Of a stretch of DNA of 64,000 nt, positions 37,426 through 49,388 are shown piece by piece; positions within the stretch are counted from its first letter, which is position 1, and each line of letters begins with the position of its first letter. The notes under the pieces are model-generated. The model saw only the letters and a program-made list of their open reading frames with translations, was not told the DNA's origin and ran no database searches. This stretch comes from Botryllus schlosseri. Its lineage: Eukaryota. Made by a program: the position numbers and the translations under genes. The stretch spans positions 8,246,001-8,310,000 of the forward strand of contig CM119373.1 in the NCBI GenBank assembly GCA_051294905.1. Direction: 5' to 3'.

Positions 37426-37693
37426 AGACCCAGCCGCAGGGTGGCGTTTGGCGTGTGGCGGGTTGGCGTCTAGCGGGTTTAACCCCGTCTCCGGATATAC
37501 GTAAATTAAGTACTTGGCGGGGCTGATTGCTGAATTCATACCTTGTTCGCCCATTTATTCACATATACAAGGCATATATCGTATTTAACGAATGTATTTT
37601 AACGACAGCAATATCACTTCAAAGCCATTTCTCGTCCATAGTGTCGAAGACAATGTGGATTTGAGAATACCATTGTCACACAGACGTCGCCAT

Positions 37694-38891
37694 CAGTGGT
37701 GCCACTCCTAGTGTTTTAACACTAGATCTAGTGTTTTTTCGGTCGTCCTAGTGTTCTAGTGTTTTTATTCGCAAAATTTTGCTAATCTAGTGTTTTTCTG
37801 CAAGTATGCGAACAATGAATATTCTAACGTTAGACTACTAAATTATACGCTAAATTTATCGCTAATAAGGCGATCTGGTGTCTCTGGCTATGTTTCTTTC
37901 CAACAATTCTGTGTGGTGGTGCAGTAACAAGCCATTATTACGTAACAGGGTGAGCTGTGAATCCGTACTTATGAGCGAAAGTATCTGAAAAAATGAAGAG
38001 TATTTGAAGTATGAGTAAGAGTATCAAGAGCGATTTCGCTCTGATGCTCTGCCGTTTCTTTCTGAACTCAGTCTGCAGATTCGGTCCAGTTTTTCATTTG
38101 CCAAGACAGGCTGACAGTTTTATTGAACAAAATTGCAATTAAAATATAATACATGCTGCAGCGATACGATCCTTCGGGATTCCCGCGGATCATCCAGTCA
38201 GCTGCATTGTTCAATTCGAGTCTCGTGTCATAAATACATTGAAAAAAAATGAACGCAGGCCGAAGAATAGTAAAATCAATCATTCCTCTAGCTGTGCAGT
38301 TTCCCTCCGTGATATTATTTGATGAACTTGACGATTTGTCGGAAGAATGGGCTGCTTTGGCAAGATCGCAAAATCAGCTGCAGGTTATCAGTCAATGTCC
38401 TCCTAACGAATTTTAGCAAAAATTGAAATATGTGCACCATGGATTCGGTGAATCAAAATTCCCTTTACTGGGGAAGCTCATGACGAATCTCTTGGCATTG
38501 CCACATTCCACTGCATTCGTTTAATTGAAGTATGCTACACATGGAAATCTCCCCATTGTTTGTTTGCAGATGTACGGTAGTGAGCAACGTGCCACGCAAA
38601 AGATACTTATGTTTGATAAACGGTGTACAATCAAAAGATAATTTTTATGATGCCGACAATATTTGATTTTTATGCGCTATTGAATTCGTTTCATTAATTT
38701 TTGTTGCAGTATATGCATCGAATTCATGTGTAGAACACTTCTTATCTATGGATTTGTACCTTGGACGTCATGGATACTTTGCAACGGGAAATTTTTGCTG
38801 TAATTTACTAATCTAGTGTTTTTTTCGCCAATCTAGTGTTTTTTTACGACATAATCTTGTGTTTTTCCGGGAACCTAGAGTGGCAACACTG
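37694..38891 (+). mobile_element. Internally deleted hAT element
   Basis: TIR CAGTG(G/T)TGCCACTC; 8-bp TSD GTCGCCAT (37686-93, 38892-99); ATCTAGTGTTTTT subterminal repeats; remnants DELDDLSEEWAAL and NLLALPHSTA resemble the hAT dimerisation region. Confidence 0.9.
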
Positions 38892-40881
38892 GTCGCCATG
38901 TCTGCTTCGGTATGATCTATCATCACACGGAGCAATCCTTAATTAAGATTTCAAGGCTTCGATAAGCCCGATACCCAAAATTTACCAAGATATCAATTCA
39001 TTAGGGTTGAGTAGGTGTCGAGATAGCGTCGTTGTTCAACTGTGTGGCCAAGTTAAATCTCGATATTGGGTTCATGCGGCCCGCGGCCTCTACGAAATTT
39101 GAAAAGTGGCCCACGACCCGTTTTGAGTTGGCGACACTTGGCATAAGCGGTGTCTTACAAAATCCTAGAAGAGTGCCGCCCTACACGCCGGCGGTTACGG
39201 AATCAAAAATAAGAAATACAAGCCTGGTGTAAATGAAAATTGGATTCGACAAACACCATGATTACCACAAACGACATTAGGGTTGGGTACATCGTAAATG
39301 CCGATAACGCAAGTCTTCTCGCTGAACTTACGCGTAAGCTCTACTCTCGCACGCTGCGCATACACGTATATAATAACATACAGCCACTAAAATTTGACGT
39401 AGTAAGCAAGTAGTGGGGAATCTCGGCAGACTTGGGGCTGCGGGCCACAGTACAATGTAAGACGGAAAACTGTCCGCGGGCCGGGCCGTATGTTGCCAGC
39501 CCCTGGTCTACTCGGTACATGTATTGCTAATTTGACGAATAGAGGGAAAGATTGATGTATGCGATGGACACGGACATATACGTTGAGATTGAAGTGGGGC
39601 CGCTACCTATAGCCGATCTTTACAACCAGGTAAGTCGAATAGTGCTAATTAATTCGATATGAGTGATCAGATTTTAACTAATTTTGTTTGCAGGAATATG
39701 ATGATCTCATTGAGCCATCGTTATCCGATGTGTCCGCTGCTCAGGTCAGCTCCGAAATGTCTTGCTCGGACGAGTCAAGCTATAAATTATTGGAGGATGT
39801 ATCGCAAAGATGATGTGATTAGTTTATTAGCTATTGATAAGCTCAACTGTTAGGTTTATTAGAGATTTTATAAGTTCAATACAACACAACAATACTGATT
39901 TTGTATTAGCTGATTATTTATAGGAAGGTGTGATTTTGTCTGGCGAAACGAGAGAGAAGCTCATGACGCAACAATGCTGTCTGGCGAAACGAGAGTGTAG
40001 CTCAAGAGAAAGAGGTCCAAACAGCATTGTTGCGTCCCAATGCCAACCTCCATAACAATGAGAAATTCGAGGCTGATTGTGGGGGTTCCAGAGCCGCAAG
40101 CGGAATAAAATTTATATTTTTGTCATAAGTGCCGAGTCAGCTTTTGATTGATACCCGTTTTACCAAATTTTATGCTCGGCAAACCGGTCAAAAATTACTG
40201 TCAAATTGCCTGTAGCCAAATGAAAATTGTGACGTGATACAATTTTACTGAGGCGTGAGATTTGCTTGTGTCGACGCCATATAGGACACTATGGTTTCAA
40301 TAGGCCATTTGCAGTACTTCGATCACGTGACTAGATACGCATAGCAACCACAAATTGGTTGGCAAGTTACTTTCTCGCGCACCTGCTTCAGTGCCAAATA
40401 GTAAATATCGCATAGTGTACGGTTGATTTCTGGTTGTAAACGTTTCGGAAATCTGTTGTAGAAGTCCTCAGAGATTCACCTATGCTAGATGTCAATCCTG
40501 TACAAAGCATTCAGACATTTCATCGGCCAAAGAAAGTATATATGTGGAAGACCTTCTAATATAGTCGATGTAAAGAGATTCACAATTAGTTTTCAAACAG
40601 CTTTATTTTCGCGTCCTCACGGCAGCTAGTTCAGATAAGAAGCATGTATTGTGGTGGGTCCACCAAGTGTCCATTTCACCTAGTCGGAGCTAGACACTTG
40701 GCGGCCCTAGAAATAACAGTACCATCACAATAGCAATTATAACAATAACAATCATCACATACACCCCTAATGGGTGGGCTGTCGAACTGCTCCCCCCAAA
40801 AGTAGAGGGAATTACATATTAAATGAAAAAATTCACTCTCACGTGTAACCAAAAACTAACAACAATTATCAAAATAAACAA

Positions 40882-41906
40882 TCATGACTCATAATCCAAC
40901 ATATACCTAGGACGCCTGACAAAACGTTTCGATCTTGTAGCATATACAGTTTCAGGCGCGTCCTGATCATTCACAATATCAAAAATATCATCACCATGAT
41001 CAGAAACATCAGCTATTACTGGTTCAAAAACGCAAACATCACTACTTTCCCCATCGTCACGATCATAAGGCATCAGGTAATCAACATGAGACTTGCGAAT
41101 ATTTTGAGTTCCAACGTTCTGTATACGGTAAACACACTCTGAAATTTGCTCAACAATTACATAGGGTCCTGAACATCCAGAGGACAATTTTCTCTTTTTA
41201 GGAGGATAGAAATACCAACAATAGTCACCCACGGCAAAAGCCAGCGGTCTCACCGCACTATCAAAATCACGTTTCTGCCTCACTGCAGACTTGGATAGAT
41301 GTTCCCGAGCAAAAGTGAAAGCATCTGAACAAGCATCATGAAACCAATTGACATAATCCACATAGCGTTACTGGGGGGCCGACCATACATGATATCAGTA
41401 GTGATATTTCACGACCAGAAACAGGCGATTTGGGGTATAACCAGTCGAATGATGAACTGTTGAGCGATAAGCCATCAAAATATAGGGCAAATGGTCAGCC
41501 CAATCAGACCGAGAATCATCAACAAAACTAGTGAGCAATTGCTGCAGCGTTCTGTTTATACGCTCACAGAGTCCATCCGAACGGGGATGATAGGGGGTGG
41601 TACGAGTCTTCCTAATATCAAAGAGCAAACACATGTGCTGAAAAAGTTCCCCTTCGAATTGTCCCCCTTGGTCAGTATGAATTATTCGTGGGCACCCATA
41701 TTTTGTGAAAAATTGGGACACCAGAATTTCTGCAGTATTTTGAGCAGATTTAACACGCATCGGATACACTTCAACCCATTTCGAAAAGTAATCAGTAAGC
41801 ACCAACATGTGCAAATACCCCACGTCAGTCTCAGGCAATGGGCCAACAAAATCAAGCGACACTCTATCTAAAGGTTCAGCACAAAGCATCTTGCACAAAG
41901 CAGCTT
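40882..41906 (-). pseudogene. Gypsy integrase core and C-terminus
   Basis: RVSLDFVGPLP, LTDYFSKW, IIHTDQGGQFE, TPYHPRSDGLCERINRTL, GPY motif; one frameshift near 41400; HHCC region missing. Confidence 0.9.
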
Positions 41907-43354
41907 GTGTGTTTAGTGATTCAACAGTAGTGGGACTAAAGCACTTCGCAAAGAAAGGACATCCAGAATTTCTGCAAACTGCAAAATATGTTGAATTCAT
42001 CCAAACCATTTGGAATATCATGTCTGTTAAAAGCCCAAGTAAAGGTAAAACTTTCATTACATAGGTTTATTGCTGCAATTTGACTTTTATCTGATGCGAC
42101 AAAATATTCATTTCAGCCGTGCGGAAAAGAAATTCATTTTTCACGCCACTGCAAATTGGTGAGGATCATCCCGGTGTTACCTATTTGAGAAGAGCCATCG
42201 ACATTTTCAAGAATTGGCAAAAGTCGGGCTGTGCTGGTCTCAGCAATGAAACATTCATGGCCTGTATTCAGACAATGGGGGCTGTGCTATCGTTGACGGA
42301 GCATCTGCAAGTAACTCAGAATGTGGAATATTTATTATCCGGGAAAATAATGTCCGACCCAATCGAAGCCCGATTTGGGATGTATCGGCAGAGCAATGGC
42401 GGTAATTTCTTCATGTCTGTGAAGCAATTGCTGATGGCGGAAAAAAAAATTCGGTGTCTAAGCCTGCTGCAGCGGGATGGACTGTCCAGAGCAATTATCA
42501 GTTGTGAACCGGGCGAGGAAGATGCATCAGCAAACCACGAAGATTTCCAGTGGCTTGCTGACTTCATGAAAACTGTCGTCACAAATGATGTGGACGATAC
42601 TGATGCATCTGTTGTAGTCTTTGTTAGTGGATATATTGGTCGCTCAATTTTCCGCCGTAGGCGTTGTGACGACTGCAGAGGCGTGCTCATATCCGGTATT
42701 AATAATGTTCCAGATATTAATGGCTGCATTCCTGAGAGATATAAAACGATTTTTGACATGGCAGATCGTGGAGGACTTGCTGAACCAACTGAAATTTGCT
42801 TTGCCATTACATTATTGGCTGTGCAGTATTTCTCAGCTGTTTCAGCAGATGAAGACACGTTAAAAAAGTTGATGTGCTGTATGAATCAGCGCAACGTTTT
42901 TTTGAATGCAATGCGTTATGTTGTGTCTTCTACATCTCGTTTTCGTCACCTCATGCTTGTCAAATGTAAATCTAGCCATTTGAACTTCAACCTTATTGTG
43001 CAAAGTGCTTTCAATTGTTTTGCAAAAAATCACCTCAAGCGTTTGAATGCCAGACCGATGCTTGAAGAGGCACCGAAGAAAAACTTTCGCAAGATCCGCA
43101 AACTGACTTCGAAGACTACTGCAAAATGCTAAATTGTGTCATATTGACGTCGCCACGACAACTGACTGTGACGTCACCGTGACAACTGACATCCCTATTG
43201 TTATTTATTGTGTTATTTCCTAATAAATATGTACAAAAGACACGTCCTTGATGTTTTGCGAAGTCTTTTGCAGCTGCTTGGTTGCATCTACATAGGCCTA
43301 CTTCAGGGCACCTTGAAAAGAGGTGTCCAATCCCGGAGTTTCAAGATATCCCTG
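41907..43354 (+). mobile_element. P element copy 2, 3' part only
   Basis: Near-identical to 11075-14171 in reverse, without the Kolobok insert; ends in the TIR at 43354; last exon 42119-43132 is open and keeps SDPIEARFG. Confidence 0.93.
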
Positions 43355-44460
43355 GCAACAATTCAAGAAATATTTCACGCGGTAGTTTCGGAGGTTCAAG
43401 CGTGCCATCATAAAGCTCGTCTGCGCAGATTTCGAAAGTTTCCGACAATGGTACGTTAGTAAAAAGACTTTTCACATCAAATGAACTAAGATATACATTG
43501 GACGGATTTAATTTGGCGCGTTTTAATTCGTCTACAAACGTGAACGAGTCGCGAACGCAGTGGTGCGTATACAAGGATCGAACTGGCTCAATGACGGTGT
43601 TAAGCCATTTGGCTAAATTATGTTGTGCCGATCCACACATAGACAATATGGGGCGAAGAGGTACGTTATCTTTATGTGTTTTCGGTAAACCGTACATACG
43701 CGGCCGTTGTGATCCCGTTGGGCGTAGAGACTCGTACAGAATTGAAGGAAGTACTCCATCCTTCTTTAGTTTGAGAAGGCGACGCTGCAGCTTCATTTCT
43801 AACTTGCGCGTGTTATCGTTCATGTCGGCAGGACCCAGGTTGGTGAACTTTGACGAATCTTGAAGAATGGATTCCATTTTCATGTTGTAATCTGCCCGGT
43901 TTAAAATCACAACTCCAGAACCTTTGTCAGGTCTTGTGATGCAAATTTTTTCGTTTGAACGTAAGGATTTGATGGCTTTAAAACAATCCTTGTTCATCAG
44001 AAAATCACCGGCGTCCACTGGGGTGCCACAATACGCATGTGCAAGATCACTGAGCTTAGCTTTCATCGCAGAAAAATATTCCGGAGATAATGGTCTATGG
44101 TGTTGTAGTTGACCAATTAATGCCTCGAAATCGGCGAATATTTCTTCTCTCCTAACGTTGTTGGGAGGCAAACAAAAATCCAATCCATGAGACAATACAA
44201 ATTCTTCGATATCACTGAGTTTATAACTCGAGAGATTTGCTATGATTTTCTTCCCCGTACTTGGCGAATTTCCAAACCGATTTTGAAATAAAACTTTGAG
44301 GTTACGGTCATACTTCCTCTGGTTCTCCTTTTCCTTGCGAGTGTCAATGATACTCAGGTAACGGCAAAAACGCATCAAGTCAAAAAATGACAGGAAATCT
44401 CTGACTTCTTGTTGAAGTGATCGACATTTCTTCCACCAGTGTGGTATAGAAGATTTCTTT
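43355..44460 (-). pseudogene. Penelope-like RT fragment, 5'-truncated and cut by the P element
   Basis: NLSSYKLS...LSHGLDF, RPDKGSGVVILN, MYGLPKTHKDNVPLRPILS, SFDVKSLFTNVP; homologous to 24225-25550. Confidence 0.9.
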
Positions 44461-44464
44461 TCCA

Positions 44465-44916
44465 ACCTTGGGCCTACTTACAGGATCACAACCTAATTCC
44501 CCATTGCTGTCGGCATCAACCTTAGGTGAGTTCACCACAGAAGCCAACATACCTTTTATGTCACCCATGCCACTGGAACTTTTCTTCAAATCCGCTGTTC
44601 ATCAGCTGCAACTTTTCTTCAAATCCCCGAACTTGCGAGTGGAGAGCAGCTACATCCCCATTGACCGAATTCATCAATTCCGCAGCCTGACGCTTCGCAT
44701 CGCTTCGTATGCCATATTCCGCGGAATACCTTCCATAATTTTGTCCAATCTCGCCAAGCTTTCTTTGACTTTTCCATCCACACCGGTACTGGTATCAGCA
44801 GAGTCATCATCCGAATCCAAAATCGTGTCAAGCACTTGGGATCTGTTGCGTGCCTCAAGATAACTCTCCTTTGACGAGGTAATAGTATCGACTTTGTTTT
44901 TTGGCGTGCTCGCCAT
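44465..44916 (-). pseudogene. Probable Gypsy gag N-terminus
   Basis: ATG overlaps the PBS (MASTPKNKVD...); assigned by position only, with in-frame stops. Confidence 0.45.
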
Positions 44917-45304
44917 TGTGGAAGACCTCCTAATATAGTCGATGTAAAGAGATTCACAATTAGTTTTCAGACAGCTTTATTTCCGCGTCCTCAAGGCAGC
45001 CAGTTCAGATAAGAAGCATGCATTGTCGTGGGTCCACCAAGTGTCCATTTCACCTAGTCGAAGCTAGACACCTGGCGGCCCGAGAAATAACAGTACCATC
45101 ACAATAGCAATTATAACAATAACAATCATCACATACACCCCTAATGGGTGGGCTGTCACATATAAAGGCAACAGAGCTTTTTCACAATCTCAAACGGCCC
45201 TTATAATCACTCTGAAACATTTCGTTTTTGATCCGTCTTTTAATCGGAAAAAGTAAAGTATAATTCATAGCGGCAACAGAAATAGCAACGCAATTTGAAC
45301 TCCT

Positions 45305-46906
45305 ATGATTGAGGGTCAAGCTCAATGCCCTAAGCTAAAATTTCAAAAATGCGAGACTTATATCCATCCACCTCCGTCTGTTACAACTGCACCATTGGAA
45401 ACCAGCAGCAATTATCGGGATCATGTACGGTCTACATCTCTGAATTACTTTGCCACTACCTCTAAAGATCCGGCTATAAGATATGTATATGGCAAAGCAG
45501 ATCTTCGACAAGCAGCTATGGACCATGATTACTTGGAATTGCCATTCACCGAATACTGGCTTGTTCGTTCCTTGAAAGTAAGTGAAAGTGTATATATGAA
45601 AGTGTATAAAGTGTATAAAGTGTATATATGAAAGTGTATATATAACTGAGAAAGCGTGTAAAAGCCACCACAGTCTGATTTAATTGCAAAGTGTCTGAAC
45701 ATACGTATGGCAGTAAAAATTTCAGACGAGACAAATCAATTATATGAATGACCATCGAAATTGATCACTCAGGAGGAAGCCCAAGAAAAGACATTACTGC
45801 AGAGTGAATGCAAAAACCAGGGTTGTAACCAAGTCAACAGGGTTCCGAGTCACAAGTCAATCTCACTTTTACATTTTTGACTCGAGTCAAGTCGAGCCAT
45901 TTTCAATTCCCAACGAGTCAAGTCCGAGTCATGGTATTATGACTCGAGTCCGAGTCCAAGTCATTGTGTTGACTGCTCAGTTTCCAGTTGAAGTCTTCCT
46001 AAACCCACTTTTTTAACTCCGTTTGGTGATATTGAATGGTTCGCATTTATAATATATCAATTTTCCTCACTTTTAGCAGTTTCTGGTCGCATTTTCAAGC
46101 ACCAGTACCAACAAACGAAATTCCAAAAGTGCGTTGGCTTCGAAATTACAATGAAATGTCGGTCTTGGCCGTCTGAATCTCGAGTCAATGACTTGCTTCG
46201 AGTCAATGACTTGCTTCGAGTCAAGCGCAATGACTCGAGTCGAGTCATTTCCGTATTTTGAGAAAATGACTCGAGTCGAGTTGAGTCATCCGAAAATTAC
46301 AACCTTGGCAAAAACTGGCACCGAGACAGAGAGTGGAGAATTACTACATCACGATTTCGGGAGGTTATTAAGGCAACTAGCAGGATAAATATCGAATTAC
46401 TGTGTGAGGATATTTTGGCCTCCAGAAGTTTCTGCTCACCTGGTATTTTACATGGTCGAGCATACGAACCTGTAGCAGTTGAAGCTTTCACAACTGTAAC
46501 GGGCATAGAGGCAGCACCGTGTGGACTATTTATTAATTCCAAGTTTCCATATCTTGGCGCAACTCCCGATGCAAAAATTTCACCAGATGGCCTTGTTGAA
46601 GTGAAATGCCCATACAATGGGCGGAATAGCCATATCATAGCAGCTTCAATCAAGTTATTCCCATTTCTTGCCATCAAAAATCAGAATCGTGAGCTGAAAA
46701 GAAACCACAATTATTATTACCAAATACAAGGCCAACTCGGATTGTCAGACAGAAACTATTTCTATTTCGTTGTTGACACTTTTAATATTTTATTTATAGA
46801 AAAAGGAAAAATTACATTTGATAAACATTTCTTTGAGAATAATATTTTACCGCCATTAGCTTACTTTTATGAAAATCATGGAGGCCCTTCCTTTCAGCTA
46901 GGTTAG
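45305..46906 (+). pseudogene. YqaJ nuclease of ISL2EU element 2, interrupted by a MITE
   Basis: Across the MITE TSD reads TLLQSECKNWHRDREWRITTSRF; then HGRAYE, PYLGATPDA, LVEVKCPY, YYYQIQGQLGL. Confidence 0.85.
45818..46307. mobile_element. hAT-type MITE (GACTCGAGTC family)
   Basis: TIR CA(G/A)GGTTGTAA; 8-bp TSD GCAAAAAC (45810-17, 46308-15). Confidence 0.92.
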
Positions 46907-47129
46907 GATTGGTTTTATATTCTATCAATGTTCAGTTTATTAAAACCATTCTTGTATTTACCTGTTGTCTCTGAATTGACGGAGCGAGGCAGCATTGAAG
47001 GCTTAAGATTTCTTTTTAGCAGTCTGAAGTGCAGTCTTGACACAAGTCGCGTCACTTCATGCTCCGAGTTATGAGAGTAATTTCTATTTACCTGAAAAAC
47101 CAAATAACAGAAAATCACTAGAGCTAATA

Positions 47130-47681
47130 ATCTTAGAAACAACTGATGTATGAGAGTATATGCTAGGCTTTTTCATGTACAAGCGAGAATACGATATATA
47201 CAATCTGCGAATATGGTCTAAGCAGCCCAGATGTAATTCCATGTTTAAAATTCCGATAAGTGTTTGCGAGTCCAATCACTCTTTCAACATGAATCCGTTA
47301 AGTCGAAATTCTCCTATCACAACTTCCTTCCCCTGTTTCGAGTTGACTTTTGCCACGTAATGGGGCCGGGGTGTTTATACCAACATTGTATGGTGGAAAC
47401 AGATCCTGCACCATAACACCACTGTCAGCCATTATACTGTCACCTGCCTGAAACATGGTGGAAACTGCTTCACGTGGTGCTATCCCTATCATAACCTTCA
47501 CAGTAATCAGGTTTTTATAATTTAAAAATGTCTGACTTTGTAAATTAATATCTGTTGCCTTGCCGGTAGGAATTTCAGTAGCATCGACAATCACCCTTGT
47601 GGTCGGAAAAACTTTCCCAAAGTCCCTTGGCGTAGTCTCGTCAACAATCTTGCGGCTTGGCCATATTAGCCACTGTCTCAT
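47130..47681 (-). pseudogene. DDE region of the ISL2EU-2 transposase (internal deletion, frameshifts)
   Basis: RQWLIWPSRK, TRVIVDATEIP, MIGIAP, DSIMADSG; joins 58272 across TSD GTCTCAT to give TWILSMHSRMRQWLIWPSR. Confidence 0.85.
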
Positions 47682-49388
47682 TATAGAGTATGACTGGAGT
47701 GACGACTCGATTGTTCTCCCATTGTTAGCCGGCAGAATGGTCACGGTCAGATGGCTGCACCCAAAATAGGATCGCTCAGTGCTAGTTTCAATGGCGTTCA
47801 AGGCGATTCGTCGTGTATTTCTTGAAGTTGCGTCGGATTTAGTTAGACAGTTCAACATTTAGGTAGCGGTGGCGAGTCGTTATGACTAGTGAACAATACC
47901 GTGTAGCCTATGTTACATTTCTCACGAGATGGATGTGATATTGTTGCTTTGATCCTTTATAGAGTTTGCTACGTATATGAATAAAATGACAGAAGGTATA
48001 GAATATCTGGTTCGTGTGCATTGGCTATTGTGAGATGAATTCATGGAAAGGAAGACTGAAGAATGCTACAAAGTGAACAAGAGGAAAGATCTTGACCTAT
48101 ATCGATATGCAATTCACAATATCGTTGATTGAAAATATGTCCTATATCAACTGCAGAAACTCGAGTATGAATATAACAAATAATTTGTTGCAACTGTCTT
48201 GTAGTCTTATATAATGCCTGTCCGATAACCGCAGAAACTTGAGTATGACTAGAACAAGAGCCTAGTGTAATGTTAGTGTTCTGCTTGAGCTCGACTCACA
48301 GTAGCCAGAGCTTATACTCCTTGGAAGTGTGCAGAATCGCACTTGAAGGGAACTCGTTGTCATTGCCAAGAATACAGGAAGACGTCCGCCGGTCGACATT
48401 AGTAGTAAGCCAATGCACCACGTCAAGGTTTCGGCCAACTCATTGGTTTCCTTTTTTTAGGTAGGGAACCTCAATGTGGATAGGCAGCATTTGCCACAGA
48501 GCGAAAAAATTACCATGCTAACACTACCAGAAACTACATTAGCTTCATTTGCTGCATCTTTTCTTGGTCATGGGTTCCTGGCATACTTTCGTCTAAAGAT
48601 TTTGATCATCATAGGCATAGTTGTATTGGCACCTTTCCCTCCATTTATAGCCTTACGCTGGCATAAGGCATTTACTGAGTAACTGACTTGGCTAATATCT
48701 GGATTCCTGCTGTATCTCATCAAAGACCGCTATTAAAAAGGCAATCGTTAATTCAGGTTAACATTCGTGTCCTTGTTGACAACGTGATCAGTTCTGCACA
48801 AGAACTGGTACAACTCGTCGGCGAGTTGGATTGGAGTATTCGCTGCGAGTATGACTGACTTCGTAGTATTAATAACTGACTGCCAAGTCCAGACACAATA
48901 GATCCCCGATGTGTGTATTACAGAATGGCGTACGATGAATCCAGACTATAGCATAACGTTAAAAATTACGTTGGCAAATACTCTAAAATATGAGATCACA
49001 ATAATGACAGTTAGAATCAAGAACAACAAAGGACCATGTTTACAATGCGGCGACTATGGAAAGACTGAGCATGTGCTACTACACATGCCCTCATGCGGCG
49101 AGGCGGTCATGTGTGACGTTATCATAGATACAGTCTGAAAACCAACTTGACATAGCCGCCCCCGTGGCGAAACATAATTGCAAAAGGCAGTTATCGTTGA
49201 GACACAGGAATAAATGAAGGAATGGAGGTTTTCAGATTATGAAGACAATCGGGGAGTGAAGAATTATACAAACCAGAAACAATGTACAGAAAGCTAATAT
49301 AGCATCAGCAAGCGAAGGCAATGTACAGAATGTGCATCATGAGTAAATGCGATGCAAATTGGCAAGAAGAAAGCATGCAATATGAAAA

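Larger units (their letters stand above)
31808..37490. mobile_element. MULE/foldback-like element with long repeat-built TIRs and nested insertions
   Basis: Inverted arms (about 31808-32030 and 37180-37490) starting GGGGTTAAACCCGCT; 10-bp direct repeat CCGGATATAC at 31798-31807 and 37491-37500; no transposase recognised. Confidence 0.8.
40543..45160 (-). mobile_element. Gypsy LTR retrotransposon with its internal region replaced by Penelope and P-element fragments
   Basis: 244-bp LTRs (40543-40786, 44917-45160; about 12 mismatches); 4-bp TSD TATA; PBS TGGCGAGCACGCC (tRNA-Arg-like) 1 nt after the 5' LTR; purine tract GGGGGGAGCAG before the 3' LTR. Confidence 0.92.

Noticed and set aside
41395-42057. 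220-aa ORF as a natural P-integrase fusion protein
   Set aside because: The N-terminal part is the antisense strand of the P exon; fusion arises only from the deletion junction.
43208-43459. ORFs MCYFLINMY... here and at 11024-11221
   Set aside because: Read through the P-element 3' UTR and TIR into unrelated flanks; chance frames.
44903-44916. Self-priming in the Gypsy element as well
   Set aside because: Its PBS starts TGG, resembles a tRNA-Arg 3' end, and has no complement in its LTR.
45585-45650. AAGTGTATA(TATGA) short tandem repeat
   Set aside because: Ordinary slippage minisatellite, apparently intronic in the dead YqaJ gene.
47298-47858. 186-aa ORF as one protein (N-terminus shared with 58095-58355)
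   Set aside because: The N-terminal part is TIR sequence of the TATAGAG element read into the interrupted transposase.
48911-49138. 75-aa ORF present twice (also 56142-56369) with a CxxC-like motif
   Set aside because: Lies antisense within the two LTRs; duplicated only because the LTRs are; no other coding support.
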